From contig CAXTYC010000005.1 in the NCBI GenBank assembly GCA_964248365.1, positions 1 to 64,000 on the forward strand: a stretch of DNA of 64,000 bases, read 5' to 3'. The notes under the pieces are model-generated. The model made no database searches, was not told where the DNA came from, and saw nothing but the letters and a program-made list of their open reading frames with translations. The position numbers were made by a program, and so were the translations under genes. This DNA comes from an uncultured Chroococcidiopsis sp. GTDB taxonomy: Bacteria; Cyanobacteriota; Cyanobacteriia; Cyanobacteriales; Chroococcidiopsidaceae. Below, in pieces: positions 40,747-50,971 of this stretch (the stretch's first letter is position 1; every line of letters begins with the position of its first letter).

Positions 40747-40816
40747 ATTTTACCTAATGTTAAGTAGCCACCCCAATGAGTAATCTTTTGATCGTGTTGG
40801 CTATTTTTTCGATCTT
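40747..40816 (-). promoter_or_regulatory. Shared regulatory motif copy D plus -10 box (TAAAAT): predicted scyA promoter
   Basis: + strand 40776 ATGAGTAATCTTTTGATCGTGTTGGCTATTTTTTCGATCTT. The -10 box is at 40747-40752. Confidence 0.7.
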
Positions 40817-40824
40817 GTTCGTAC

Positions 40825-41643
40825 TTAACTAGCAGAGATGCGGCAGCGCTGCATATTTCTCCAAGCCTGGGGACTTGTGCCGTAAAATTGACGAAAATAG
40901 CGACTGAAATGGCACACATCTTGATAGCCAACTGTTTCAGCAATCTGGCTTACTGTCTTGTCGGTTTTCAGCAGTAAGGCGATCGCCTGAGCCATCCGAC
41001 GCTCGACTAGCCAGCGGTGTACGCTCTTTCCTGTTTGCTGTCGCATTAGGTTAGTCAGATAAGCTGGAGAGTAACCGACTGCTTGTGCTACGTCGCAAAG
41101 AGTAATCTGTTGGTGATAATTGTCCTCGATAAAACGGAAGACTTTACTCATTTGCGAACAATCAGGAAAAATCGAATGAGTCGTATTTAAGCTCACAGTA
41201 TTATTATTTTGTGGTTGTTCAGTTGGCACAGACTCGTCTTTATACCAGCGATGGAGGGTAGTGCGCTTTTTTAGTTGAGCAGCGATCGCAGCCATTAATT
41301 CCTTCAAAGTACAAGGTTTAGTGAGAAAGTCATCTGCTCCTAACTCCATCGCTTTGCGAAAATCAGTCCGGCTCGTCTTATTAGTGACAAAAATCAAGGG
41401 GATAACACTTGTAATCGGATCGGAGCGAAGCTTAGCGAGGACACTGTAACCATCGAGCATCGGTAGTGCGATTTCGCAAACTATCAAATCAGGTAACTTT
41501 TCTTTTACCCGTTGAAGAGCAACAATACCGTTCTCAGCACCACTTGCGTAAAAACCTTTAGCTTTCAGGCATTCTAGAAAAAGGTTTCTAGTTGGTAGGT
41601 TGTCTTCGATTACGAGAATTTTTTTCACGAGTTCCTCTCTCAC
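40825..41643 (-). CDS. Response regulator (REC + AraC HTH), putative scytonemin regulator
   Basis: KILVIED..GADDFLTKP receiver and AraC C-terminus (VGYSPAYLT..IAETVGYQDVCHFSRYF..GTSPQAWR); lies directly upstream of scyA. Confidence 0.9.
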   Translation of the reverse strand: MREELVKKILVIEDNLPTRNLFLECLKAKGFYASGAENGIVALQRVKEKLPDLIVCEIALPMLDGYSVLAKLRSDPITSVIPLIFVTNKTSRTDFRKAMELGADDFLTKPCTLKELMAAIAAQLKKRTTLHRWYKDESVPTEQPQNNNTVSLNTTHSIFPDCSQMSKVFRFIEDNYHQQITLCDVAQAVGYSPAYLTNLMRQQTGKSVHRWLVERRMAQAIALLLKTDKTVSQIAETVGYQDVCHFSRYFRQFYGTSPQAWRNMQRCRISAS

Positions 41644-43163
41644 AAAACCTCAATTTAATTCTTAAGCGCGTATTTTCTCAGACCTAATTGTTTTCTAGAT
41701 CTGGGCTAACTCTAAGAGTAAATTAGCGTATGCTGCTTTTATTCTGGGCTTTTTGTATTCATAACCAAAAATCAAATTGCTCGATAATACTAATTTTTTA
41801 TTTGGGCATCTATATATAAATTCTTAGTTATATATAGCTTAATATTGCCAGATTTACAAGTAAAACTCAAAACATCATTAGGTGAAATTCAATTGCTTTT
41901 CTCTAGACCGTATTTAACTTTTACTTACTTAATTATTAACCGATTAATTCTATTTTAAACATCCTACCTGAGAATTAATTTTAAAAAAAAATAATTACTT
42001 AACCCATTTAAATATACTTTTCCTTAATGATACAATATTAAATTAGCTTTTTAATATTCATTGAACATAACATTTAAAATTGTACTCTACCAGCAAATTT
42101 TAGGCTTTGAACACTAACAATATTTTGTCCATTTCTGGGCTGAAATATTGTGATTGGCTAAATTTATTTAAAACTCAATTACAGCCAGGAAAAGCTAATG
42201 AGTTTGTTTGACTTGAGCCAACACACTATTAGAAAATTTTTAAACCTACTTTAAAGCTTTCTTTGGTAACGCATTGAGTCCAAACACACTTACGGTTATA
42301 GTGTGTAGATTAACTCGCTTTACCGCACCCACTTTTGCCAAGTTCAACTTAGCAGTCATAGCAGAAGAATCGCAGCTAAAGTATTCTTGGTAGTTTGCTT
42401 CATAGCTATTGAATTCCTATTCCACCTTGATTAGCGTTATTGAATTTAGGAATTCATTTGAGTAGAAACACCTTTCAAAGGCAAACTATCGACATAACAC
42501 TCCTGTTCTTTGTTTAGTACGACAACTGCTAAAACCTATAATTAGCAATCAATTAAATCCAATAAATCCAAGCAGTTGCGTTGCGAAGAATTAGATGCTT
42601 CTTGGTCAAATTCAAGTAAACTATCAATCGCTTCATCACCTCTGCTTTAGAACAGATTAGCGCCAACGCCAACTTTTTACACTGTACTTACCAGGGTAGG
42701 TAACTGGTTACTAAACTTGAGACTATCAAACAATACCACTGCTTGGAAAGTCTCAAGTGTCTACCTTATGTCTGTGTTGTGTATGATTTGTGCTATTGTT
42801 AGTATTAAAGGTACTATTACCGCTTCAATTGGAGCTATAGCAAGGCGTGGAGCAACAAGCTCGCATTTAGTGCCTAACTCAATTTTCGCAACAAAACTGC
42901 AAAAACTTTATACTCGTAATAATTATTGTTATTGTAACTTAGACTTGTAATAAGCTATACAAGATAAATTAACATTAGCCTCATTCTGAAGGTAGAAGCG
43001 ATCGCAAAACAACAAACGATATGCTTATGTCTGCAATCAATTTGCAGATTCACTTAAAAGCTTTAACGTAGGCGAGGATCTGATTGGTAACTAGTAATTG
43101 GTAGTTGGTAGTTGGTAACTGATAACTGACCACTGATAGCTGGTAACTGATAACTGCTAAGTG

Positions 43164-45785
43164 TCACCAGACTGGATTTTCCCTGAGTAAAGCCTCCACT
43201 GCTTCGCATTCTAGTGGTTGAGAGAAAAAGTGTCCTTGCCCATACTCACATTGCAAAGCTCTAAGTTTTGCTAACTGTGCGGCTGTTTCCACCCCTTCCG
43301 CTGTCACATCTAGGTCTAACTTGTGAGCAAGTGTAATAATTGTCTCAACAATAAGTGAATTCTCTTGAGCGGTTGCCATCTGAGAAACAAAAGAACGGTC
43401 AATCTTCAACCCATTGATCGGAAACTGGTAGAGACGACCCAAAGATGAATAGCCTGTACCAAAGTCGTCAATACACAACTGCACACCTAGCTCTCTTAAT
43501 TGCCAAAGAATTTGGGTTGCACACTCAGCCCCATCCATGATCGCGCCTTCGGTAATCTCTAACCTCAAGCTAGAAGCATCTAAGCCTGTTTGCTGCAAAA
43601 TTTGACCAACTTGGTCGATCAAAAGCGGTTGATTAAATTGTTTTCCAGAAAGATTTACACTGATAGTCAAAGGAGTTGCTGTGGGTAGCTGTAATTGCCA
43701 TTGACGCAGATGGGAGCAGGCTGTTTCAAGTACCCATTCACAGATACGAACAATTAGTCCGGCTTCTTCTGCTGCTGCGATAAATTGACTTGGGTTGAGA
43801 AGACCAGATTCTGGATGCTGCCAACGTATCAGTGCCTCAAAACCAACAATTTTACCAGTTTGTAGCGAGACTATCGGCTGATATTGCAAACGAAACTCTT
43901 GGCGTTCCAGAGCGTTTCTCAGATCAGTTTCTAGCTGCAAAAGTGCCACTGCCCTAGCATACATTTCTTGGTTAAATATCTGGTAGTGTGCTGAGTCTTG
44001 GCTCTTGGCTTGGTACATGGCAATATCTGCATCGCGCAGTATATCTTCAGGATTGTCATAAGCTGTAGTACTCAGGGCAATGCCAATACTGGCACAAGTG
44101 AATACTTCTTGTCCATTTAGAGCAAAGGGCAAACTAAGTGAGGCTTGTACCCGTTCGGCAACACGGATTGCGTCGCCCACATCTTCAATATCTTCAATTA
44201 AGATCGTGAATTCGTCTCCCCCCAGCCGTGCTACCGTATCTATCGGGCGCAGACACGCTTTTAACCGCACGGCGATCGCTTTGAGTAACTGATCCCCCAG
44301 CAGATGACCTAAGCTATCATTGATGATCTTGAACCGATTTAAGTCTAGAAATAGTACAGCAAATAAAAAATCCTGGTTTCGTTTAGCGTGTTCCAAGGTA
44401 AGCCCCAAACGATCCATAAATAAAACTCGGTTGGGTAAACCTGTCAGTGCATCTTGTAAAGCATTCTGCCGCAGCTGTTCCTCCATCTGCTTGCGCTCAG
44501 TCACGTCTCTGCAAATCATGTTCAGTTCAATTGCCGTCCCATCGCCGTCCAATAACAACTTACTTCGTTCCCGAACCCAGAAAACTGAACCATCTTTACG
44601 GACTTTACGCATTTCTGTTTCACTGATTAGCAACCTGTCACGAAAAAGATTAGCAACCCGCTGTTGCACCCACTGGCGATCTGGTTCATAAACAGTGTTC
44701 CAAGCAGACTTACCTATGAGTTCTTCTTTGCTATAACCCATATAGTCAGCACAAAACTGATTTACATATTTGATTGTGCCGTCGGCTGCAATAGTAATAT
44801 AAGCATCAGGAGCCAAATCATATAAGTTTTGATATTGCTTTTCACTTTCTCGCAGTGCTTCTGCTGTGGCAATTTCAGCGCTCAGACGTTGACCAAAATA
44901 AGAAGCCAACAGCGCTAGAATTAAGATGGTGACAACAGCGCTACCAATTGTAACCGCTAGCACATAATTGTCAATTCCCTCTCCCACTAGGCTTAATTTT
45001 TTCGCGCTGGGATAGTAGCTCAGTGCTGCCATTGCAATATAGTGCATCCCGTCAATGGCTGATCCCAACAGCAACGCACCACCAATCTTACGTATGCTGT
45101 CAGTGGAAACGTTAGTTTTAGCACTTGGATGAAATATTAACCACAATGCACCCAAAGATAGACTAATTGCCCACACCTGGGAGAGTATAACTAGCTGTAT
45201 GTTATGTGAAGGTTCTGCTGCCAGTATCATTGCTTGCATGGCAGTAAAGTGCATCGCAATAATGGCAAGCCCTATGAAAAAACCTCCTGATGACAACAGC
45301 TGCCACCCCAATGGTCGGCAACTAACGAGAAAAAGCCCAACGCCAGACCCTATAATTGCCACTGCCATTGAGACTAAGACAATACAGTAATTGTAGGTGA
45401 TTTTGATTGGCAGCTGATAAGCTAATATGGCAATGAAGTGCATTACCCAAATACTAATTCCCAAGGCGATCGCGCCTCCAGTTAGCCAATATTTATGCGC
45501 TAACTTCTTCGCTACTATAACTTGCCCAGCTAGATCCAATGCTGTATACGAACCAAATACTGCGATTACAAGTGATAGACAAACCAAGCGCAGGTCGTAG
45601 GTAACGCTGAAGGCTTTGCCTATCTGGGTTATTTGTTTAACAGCATTTGGTTGTATTGCTGCTACATTTAAATTTATCAAATTCGCACTTACTAGGAACG
45701 GGTTGAAAGAACACATCTGTAGGAAAACAGATAAATTAGAAAAATCCCTTGCTACCCATTTCAAAATCTCAAGTCCCAAATCCAA
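43164..45785 (-). CDS. MHYT-PAS-GGDEF-EAL c-di-GMP signalling protein
   Basis: MHF/MHF/MHY TM motifs, PAS/PAC, RxxD + GGDEF, EAL and DDFGTGYSS. The start codon is uncertain. Confidence 0.93.
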   Translation of the reverse strand: MDLGLEILKWVARDFSNLSVFLQMCSFNPFLVSANLINLNVAAIQPNAVKQITQIGKAFSVTYDLRLVCLSLVIAVFGSYTALDLAGQVIVAKKLAHKYWLTGGAIALGISIWVMHFIAILAYQLPIKITYNYCIVLVSMAVAIIGSGVGLFLVSCRPLGWQLLSSGGFFIGLAIIAMHFTAMQAMILAAEPSHNIQLVILSQVWAISLSLGALWLIFHPSAKTNVSTDSIRKIGGALLLGSAIDGMHYIAMAALSYYPSAKKLSLVGEGIDNYVLAVTIGSAVVTILILALLASYFGQRLSAEIATAEALRESEKQYQNLYDLAPDAYITIAADGTIKYVNQFCADYMGYSKEELIGKSAWNTVYEPDRQWVQQRVANLFRDRLLISETEMRKVRKDGSVFWVRERSKLLLDGDGTAIELNMICRDVTERKQMEEQLRQNALQDALTGLPNRVLFMDRLGLTLEHAKRNQDFLFAVLFLDLNRFKIINDSLGHLLGDQLLKAIAVRLKACLRPIDTVARLGGDEFTILIEDIEDVGDAIRVAERVQASLSLPFALNGQEVFTCASIGIALSTTAYDNPEDILRDADIAMYQAKSQDSAHYQIFNQEMYARAVALLQLETDLRNALERQEFRLQYQPIVSLQTGKIVGFEALIRWQHPESGLLNPSQFIAAAEEAGLIVRICEWVLETACSHLRQWQLQLPTATPLTISVNLSGKQFNQPLLIDQVGQILQQTGLDASSLRLEITEGAIMDGAECATQILWQLRELGVQLCIDDFGTGYSSLGRLYQFPINGLKIDRSFVSQMATAQENSLIVETIITLAHKLDLDVTAEGVETAAQLAKLRALQCEYGQGHFFSQPLECEAVEALLRENPVW

Positions 45786-46007
45786 AATGGTATAACCTCC
45801 ATGCTGTCTGCTTCTGGTGGGGTAGATGATTTAATCACTCAATATCTATTTTTTAATAATAAGCAGATACTTTGCTTGTATGAACATATACAAGCTCTTA
45901 TTAGAATCGCATTGAGTATTTAGTTGTTCGCCTTCAAAAAGGTAGAAATTTTAACCATGCTCCCACCTTACTCTGGTTGGAGCAAAATCAAGTGTCAAAA
46001 GAAAGAT

Positions 46008-47576
46008 TTATTTTTGTTGCCATAAATTTTGCAACGCTGGTATCAAATACTGTGTCAAAGTAAAAGCATCCACACCCAATTGTGTCCGCTCCCCAGCTGC
46101 TAAAATTCCAGCTTGAGAGTGCCACATGGCAGCAGTTGCTACAATCGCTTCTAAGGATATATGCTGGGAGGTAGCTGGGGCTACCAGTCCGCCCAGTAAA
46201 CCAGTTAAAACATCTCCACTTCCACCCCTCGCCAAAGCAGGCGTACTTTCGGGATTAATCCAAACAGAACCAGATGGATCGGATATCGCTGTTCTTGCAC
46301 CCTTCAACAATACTACAGCCCCACTCATCTGCGCTGCCGATCTAACTGCACTCACTCTATCTTTCATTGGATCAGGTGCATCGGGAAATAGACGCTTAAA
46401 CTCACCTGTATGAGGTGTGAGAACTGTTGGTGCTTGTCTTTGGGTAATGGTGGGGATTGTTCCCAATTTTGCCAAAATATTCAAACCATCGGCATCGAGA
46501 ATGAGGGGGCGATCGCACTTTAAAACTTGTTGTATTATAGGCGTTGCCTCAATTGTTAAACCAGGTCCACAAGCGATCGCACTAAATGAACTTAAATCAG
46601 TACCATCTGGTAAATTTAAATGAGCGATCGCGCCGTTTTCTGTCTCTGGACAACCCACTACCAACGCCTCTGGTAGTTGAGCATTTAACATTAATTTGAT
46701 CGAATCTGGCACGGCAATTGAAAGCATCCCCACACCGCTAGATCTAGCTCCTAGTGCGGCGAGAATCGCACCTCCCGCATACCGCCTGGAACCACAAATT
46801 AGTAAAAGATGCCCTTGTTTGTATTTGTGAGTAACTGGGGGACGGGGTATAGGAAGAGTTGGGATCGCGTTACTGCGCGTGATCCGCCTAATTTTCGGCT
46901 CTTTCAGTACCGCCTGCACATCGGATTCGGGAATACCAAAATCTATCAGTTCAGCTTTGCCAACGTATTCTAATGCCCAGTCTTGCAGCAAACCTACCTT
47001 CCACAACCCTAAGCAAAATGTCTGCGTTGCCCGTACCGCTGTTCCCAGCACTTCACCAGTATCTGTATGTATACCAGAAGGTACATCTATACTAATAATA
47101 GGCAAAGACCAAGAATTGAGTTGATTTATTGCAGCAGCAATAGGATCGGTAAGCGTTCTTTCTAACCCAAACCCAAATAACCCATCAATCAGCAAATCAC
47201 ACTCTTGCAAAGGTTCAATTTCGTCAAAACTGGGAATACCCAAATTATTAGCATAAGAGGCGTGTTGGGAAGTTAATTCTTTTAACTTGGAGAAAGGACA
47301 ATATAGCAAGACTTGATAGCCTTGAAAGTGCAATTCACGGGCAACTACTAAGGCATCGCCTCCATTATGTCCAGGTCCTACCAAAATTCCTACCCGCTGC
47401 TTGGGTGAAGAGGGATAAAGCAAGCATACTTGTCGGGCGATTAACCCCCCTACCTTTTCCATCAAAGCCGCAACTGGCATCCCAGCAGCAAATATCCGCG
47501 CTTCAATATCACGCATCTGCTCGGCTGTTACTACAACTTGCTCAATTTCTTCGCTGCGTTTCTGAGTTTGTGCCAA
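46008..47576 (-). CDS. nnr: Bifunctional NAD(P)H-hydrate epimerase/dehydratase
   Basis: GPGHNGGD, DVPSG, HKYKQG, DADGL, LTPHTGEF and ARGGSGDVL motifs. Confidence 0.95.
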   Translation of the reverse strand: MAQTQKRSEEIEQVVVTAEQMRDIEARIFAAGMPVAALMEKVGGLIARQVCLLYPSSPKQRVGILVGPGHNGGDALVVARELHFQGYQVLLYCPFSKLKELTSQHASYANNLGIPSFDEIEPLQECDLLIDGLFGFGLERTLTDPIAAAINQLNSWSLPIISIDVPSGIHTDTGEVLGTAVRATQTFCLGLWKVGLLQDWALEYVGKAELIDFGIPESDVQAVLKEPKIRRITRSNAIPTLPIPRPPVTHKYKQGHLLLICGSRRYAGGAILAALGARSSGVGMLSIAVPDSIKLMLNAQLPEALVVGCPETENGAIAHLNLPDGTDLSSFSAIACGPGLTIEATPIIQQVLKCDRPLILDADGLNILAKLGTIPTITQRQAPTVLTPHTGEFKRLFPDAPDPMKDRVSAVRSAAQMSGAVVLLKGARTAISDPSGSVWINPESTPALARGGSGDVLTGLLGGLVAPATSQHISLEAIVATAAMWHSQAGILAAGERTQLGVDAFTLTQYLIPALQNLWQQK

Positions 47577-47634
47577 AGCTCTATCCCAAAGTTCACACTT
47601 CTAGAATATAACTGGTAGTTGGTAGTTGGTATTT

Positions 47635-48330
47635 TTACTGTCCATAATAAACTTGTGCTTTTCTTACCCCAGAAGCCTTTAAGTAGCGTTTCCAGTTTTC
47701 AGCTTGTTTTCGATTGAGAAATGGTCCTAATCTAATATGCGATCGCGGCTGAGCTTTTTGGCTAATGGTAATTGGCATCCCCATTTTTAGTTGGTTTACT
47801 TCGTTTTCAATTGCGGCTAATTTCTCTGGCTTTGCCGGAATCACAACAAAATAAAATTTGCTAACAAAGTCTATGTCTTTTCCAGTAGTAAGACTAACAA
47901 TCCGTGCATCAATACCATTAAATTCCAGTTTGTAAGCTAGACTTTGAGCGTTAGAGTTTTGGCTAAAAACACCTGCTTGGATTACCGAATGTCCTTGGTA
48001 CTGGCGCACGAAAGCTGTTGGTTCTAGCTGCTGCACTTGTTGCAGGCGGGGTGCGCTATCTTCATTGATATAAACTAAGTAGCTTTCAGGCTTAGCGACA
48101 GGTATTGCTGACTGCTTTGGTGGTGGTGCTGGTAGTGTTGGCTGTACTTGAAAGTCAACTTCGCGGGGAGTAAATGAAGTTGTGGGTGATTTAGGCGATC
48201 GCGCAAAAGCATTTGTTGCTAAACTTAACCATCCCCCCAATGCCAGTATTATAAATGTCGTCCTAGTCAGCCAAAGCGTGATTTGAGCAGAAAATCTGGC
48301 AAACGTTAACGATTGATTTTGCTGCTTCAT
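47635..48330 (-). CDS. Exported hypothetical protein with SPOR-like regions
   Basis: N-terminal hydrophobic segment; IQAGVFS..NA and RLGPF..RKQAE SPOR-like motifs. Confidence 0.65.
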   Translation of the reverse strand: MKQQNQSLTFARFSAQITLWLTRTTFIILALGGWLSLATNAFARSPKSPTTSFTPREVDFQVQPTLPAPPPKQSAIPVAKPESYLVYINEDSAPRLQQVQQLEPTAFVRQYQGHSVIQAGVFSQNSNAQSLAYKLEFNGIDARIVSLTTGKDIDFVSKFYFVVIPAKPEKLAAIENEVNQLKMGMPITISQKAQPRSHIRLGPFLNRKQAENWKRYLKASGVRKAQVYYGQ

Positions 48331-48518
48331 CTTACCTGGTCTTTGTGCTTGAGATTGTGTATTGCTGAAAACACCAACATCGGCTCAATGCCTTGCTGAT
48401 ATGTAGATTTCATAACTGATCATTTATAATTCATAATTTTTGCCTTTATAAGCCCCCAAGTTACAAAATGTTAGCCTACAATAAGTGTCCTTTCCATTTT
48501 TCTGTTCATCCACGTACT

Positions 48519-49574
48519 ATGAATAAAGTCGTAGTCGGTCTTTCTGGTGGGGTTGATAGTTCTACGGCAGCCGCTATCCTACAAAATCAAGGCTATGAAG
48601 TTGTTGGTCTGACCCTTTGGCTAATGAAAGGGAAAGGTCAGTGCTGTTCAGAAGGCATGGTGGATGCAGCATATATATGTGAACAAATGGGCATTCCCCA
48701 TCATATTGTTGATATCCGAGAAGTCTTCGAGGCAAATATAGTTGATTATCTGCTAGAAGGTTACAGCAGCGGGATCACTCCTTTGCCTTGTTCACAGTGC
48801 AATAGAACTGTGAAATTTGGTCCAATGGTGCAGTATGCCCGTGAAAAACTTGGCATTGATAAAATTGCTACAGGTCACTATGCCCGAATTACTTATGATG
48901 CACAATTAGGGCGTTATCAGCTGCGACGGGCAGTAGATAGAAATAAAGATCAGTCCTACTTTTTGTATGACTTGACGCAAGATTTGTTAGCTGCGTCTAT
49001 GTTTCCGCTGGGTGAAATGCACAAAACCCAAACGCGACAGATTGCAGCTCAACACGAATTAAAGACTGCTGATAAGCCCGAAAGCCAGGATTTATGCCTA
49101 ATTGAAAGTCACGGTTCCATGAAATCTTTTCTGGACAAGTATATTACTGCCAAGAAAGGCGATATTGTTGACTCTACGGGTAAGGTATTGGGACAGCATG
49201 AAGGTGTGCATCATTATACCATAGGTCAGCGCAAAGGGCTAGGAATAGCTGCGGCTGAACCGCTATATGTAATTGGGTTGGATGCAGCAAACAATCGCGT
49301 AATTGTGGGCGATCGCACCAGTGCTACTCTGTCAGAATGTACCATACAGCGCGTTAATTGGGTGGCAATTTCTGAACCCTCAGCACCCATTCGCGCCTCA
49401 GTCCAAGTACGCTATCGTTCCCAACCTGTTGCAGTAACAGTAATTCCTTTGTCAGATTCCCGCGTCAAGCTGGTATTTGATGAACCCCAGTTTAGCATTA
49501 CCCCAGGACAAGCCGCTGTCTGGTATGAGGGGGATATAGTGCTAGGTGGCGGCATTATCGAAAGGCAAAATTAA
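48519..49574 (+). CDS. mnmA: tRNA 2-thiouridine(34) synthase
   Basis: SGGVDS, ATGHYA, KDQSYFL, ESQDLC and TPGQAAV motifs. Start taken at ATG 48519. Confidence 0.97.
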   Translation: MNKVVVGLSGGVDSSTAAAILQNQGYEVVGLTLWLMKGKGQCCSEGMVDAAYICEQMGIPHHIVDIREVFEANIVDYLLEGYSSGITPLPCSQCNRTVKFGPMVQYAREKLGIDKIATGHYARITYDAQLGRYQLRRAVDRNKDQSYFLYDLTQDLLAASMFPLGEMHKTQTRQIAAQHELKTADKPESQDLCLIESHGSMKSFLDKYITAKKGDIVDSTGKVLGQHEGVHHYTIGQRKGLGIAAAEPLYVIGLDAANNRVIVGDRTSATLSECTIQRVNWVAISEPSAPIRASVQVRYRSQPVAVTVIPLSDSRVKLVFDEPQFSITPGQAAVWYEGDIVLGGGIIERQN

Positions 49575-49576
49575 TT

Positions 49577-49606
49577 GTAGGGTGCGTTAATTAACGCACC
49601 TTTTTT
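49577..49606 (+). terminator. GTAG-REP hairpin with T-tract, likely intrinsic terminator of mnmA
   Basis: GGTGCGTTAATTAACGCACC followed by TTTTTT. A second REP, GTAGGGTGGGCATTGCCCACC, lies at 49638-49658. Confidence 0.7.
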
Positions 49607-49764
49607 ATTAATAAAACGAACCGCAAAGAACGCTGTCGTAGGGTGGGCATTGCCCACCTTACCTGACATTTATAGCTGATGCAATAGAAAATCGTTATAA
49701 ATAAAATTACAAGTAAATACAGATATTTTATCTCTATATTCCTCTACGTTAAAAATATCAATTT

Positions 49765-50802
49765 ATGACTTTGGCAAAAAATATAATGATTACTCACCTA
49801 ACTGCTGAACAAGAAGCTTTGATTCCGGTTTATCTAGAAAAGTGGAGAAAACTCGGTCTATCTACTGAACCACTCGTTCGTAATAAAGCTCAAGAAACAG
49901 TAAAAATGATTTATAGCACAATCAACGAACTTGAGCCAGAGGTTATTTTTTTTAATAGTCCTTACGCAGCTGTCAATAATGTTTTAAGCCAGCGTAATAA
50001 TCGAGAATTAAGAACTAAGATATATAGTGCCTTTCATCAGAAATTATGGTATGAAATCGAGTCGAAAGTAGAAGACGAACTGTGGACTTATCTCCAAAAT
50101 TGTTTGTATAAGCCGTTATGGCGACAACTACACGCTCAACTGTCTATGTGCCTGTGGTTTAATCTAGGTTGTAAATATCAAATAGACTACCGCATAGCGC
50201 TCGGACAAGCGGCTTGTCATGGAAGTTTGTTTGATTTTTGTATTTCCGTCTTAAATTCTCCTCATGATGCAAGCACTTGGCTGTATTTTCAAACAATGGT
50301 CAAAGATTGCGATTGGATTTTCCCTTTTGAAAAGCTCTGCATGGTGTGCGATCGCCCCCGTATTCTTTCCTTTGATAATCAACAACGTCTCCACGCAGAA
50401 GGAAAACCAGCAATTTCTTTCGCTGATGGCTTTAGCGTATATGCTTATCATGGTGTAACCTTACCTGAAAAATACGGTAAATTGCACCCCAGCGAGTGGC
50501 GATCGCAATGGCTTTTAGAAGAAAAAAACGCTGAAATACGACGAGTTTTAATTCAAGGAATTGGTTACAGTCGAATTTGCCAAGAGTTGCAAGCCACCCA
50601 ATTAGATTATTGGCAAGAATACACGCTATTAAAAATATATAATGATGTCGATGTAGAAGCGATTTATCTGTTAAAAATGACTTGTCCTAGCACAGGATAT
50701 ATTCACGCCTTGCGAGTACCACCTGATATTAATTCAGCTAGACAGGCTATTTGTTGGGTAAACTGGGGAACAGATCCAGAGGAATTTTCTGTACAAACCT
50801 GA
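49765..50802 (+). CDS. Conserved hypothetical protein (DUF6745-like)
   Basis: LTAEQEALIPVY.EKW, CDRP..LH..G.PAI.F.DG, NAEIRRV and KMTCPSTG..HALRVPP motifs. Confidence 0.8.
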   Translation: MTLAKNIMITHLTAEQEALIPVYLEKWRKLGLSTEPLVRNKAQETVKMIYSTINELEPEVIFFNSPYAAVNNVLSQRNNRELRTKIYSAFHQKLWYEIESKVEDELWTYLQNCLYKPLWRQLHAQLSMCLWFNLGCKYQIDYRIALGQAACHGSLFDFCISVLNSPHDASTWLYFQTMVKDCDWIFPFEKLCMVCDRPRILSFDNQQRLHAEGKPAISFADGFSVYAYHGVTLPEKYGKLHPSEWRSQWLLEEKNAEIRRVLIQGIGYSRICQELQATQLDYWQEYTLLKIYNDVDVEAIYLLKMTCPSTGYIHALRVPPDINSARQAICWVNWGTDPEEFSVQT

Positions 50803-50971
50803 TTTATGTTAATTCCACATTGGGCAAATTAACGACTGGTAAGGGCAGATTGTGGTTTTACATCGTTTATATACCAAGATACAGGTTAAACCCGCCTCCC
50901 TACGCTGATGCTGCCATATCTTGCTAACATAATGCACAGCAGTAAGAATATAAACAAAATCTAAAATAGTT

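Noticed and set aside
42717..42950. 77-aa ORF in the AT-rich region upstream of the regulator
   Set aside because: It has a TTG start, no recognisable motif and no kinase remnant that I can see.
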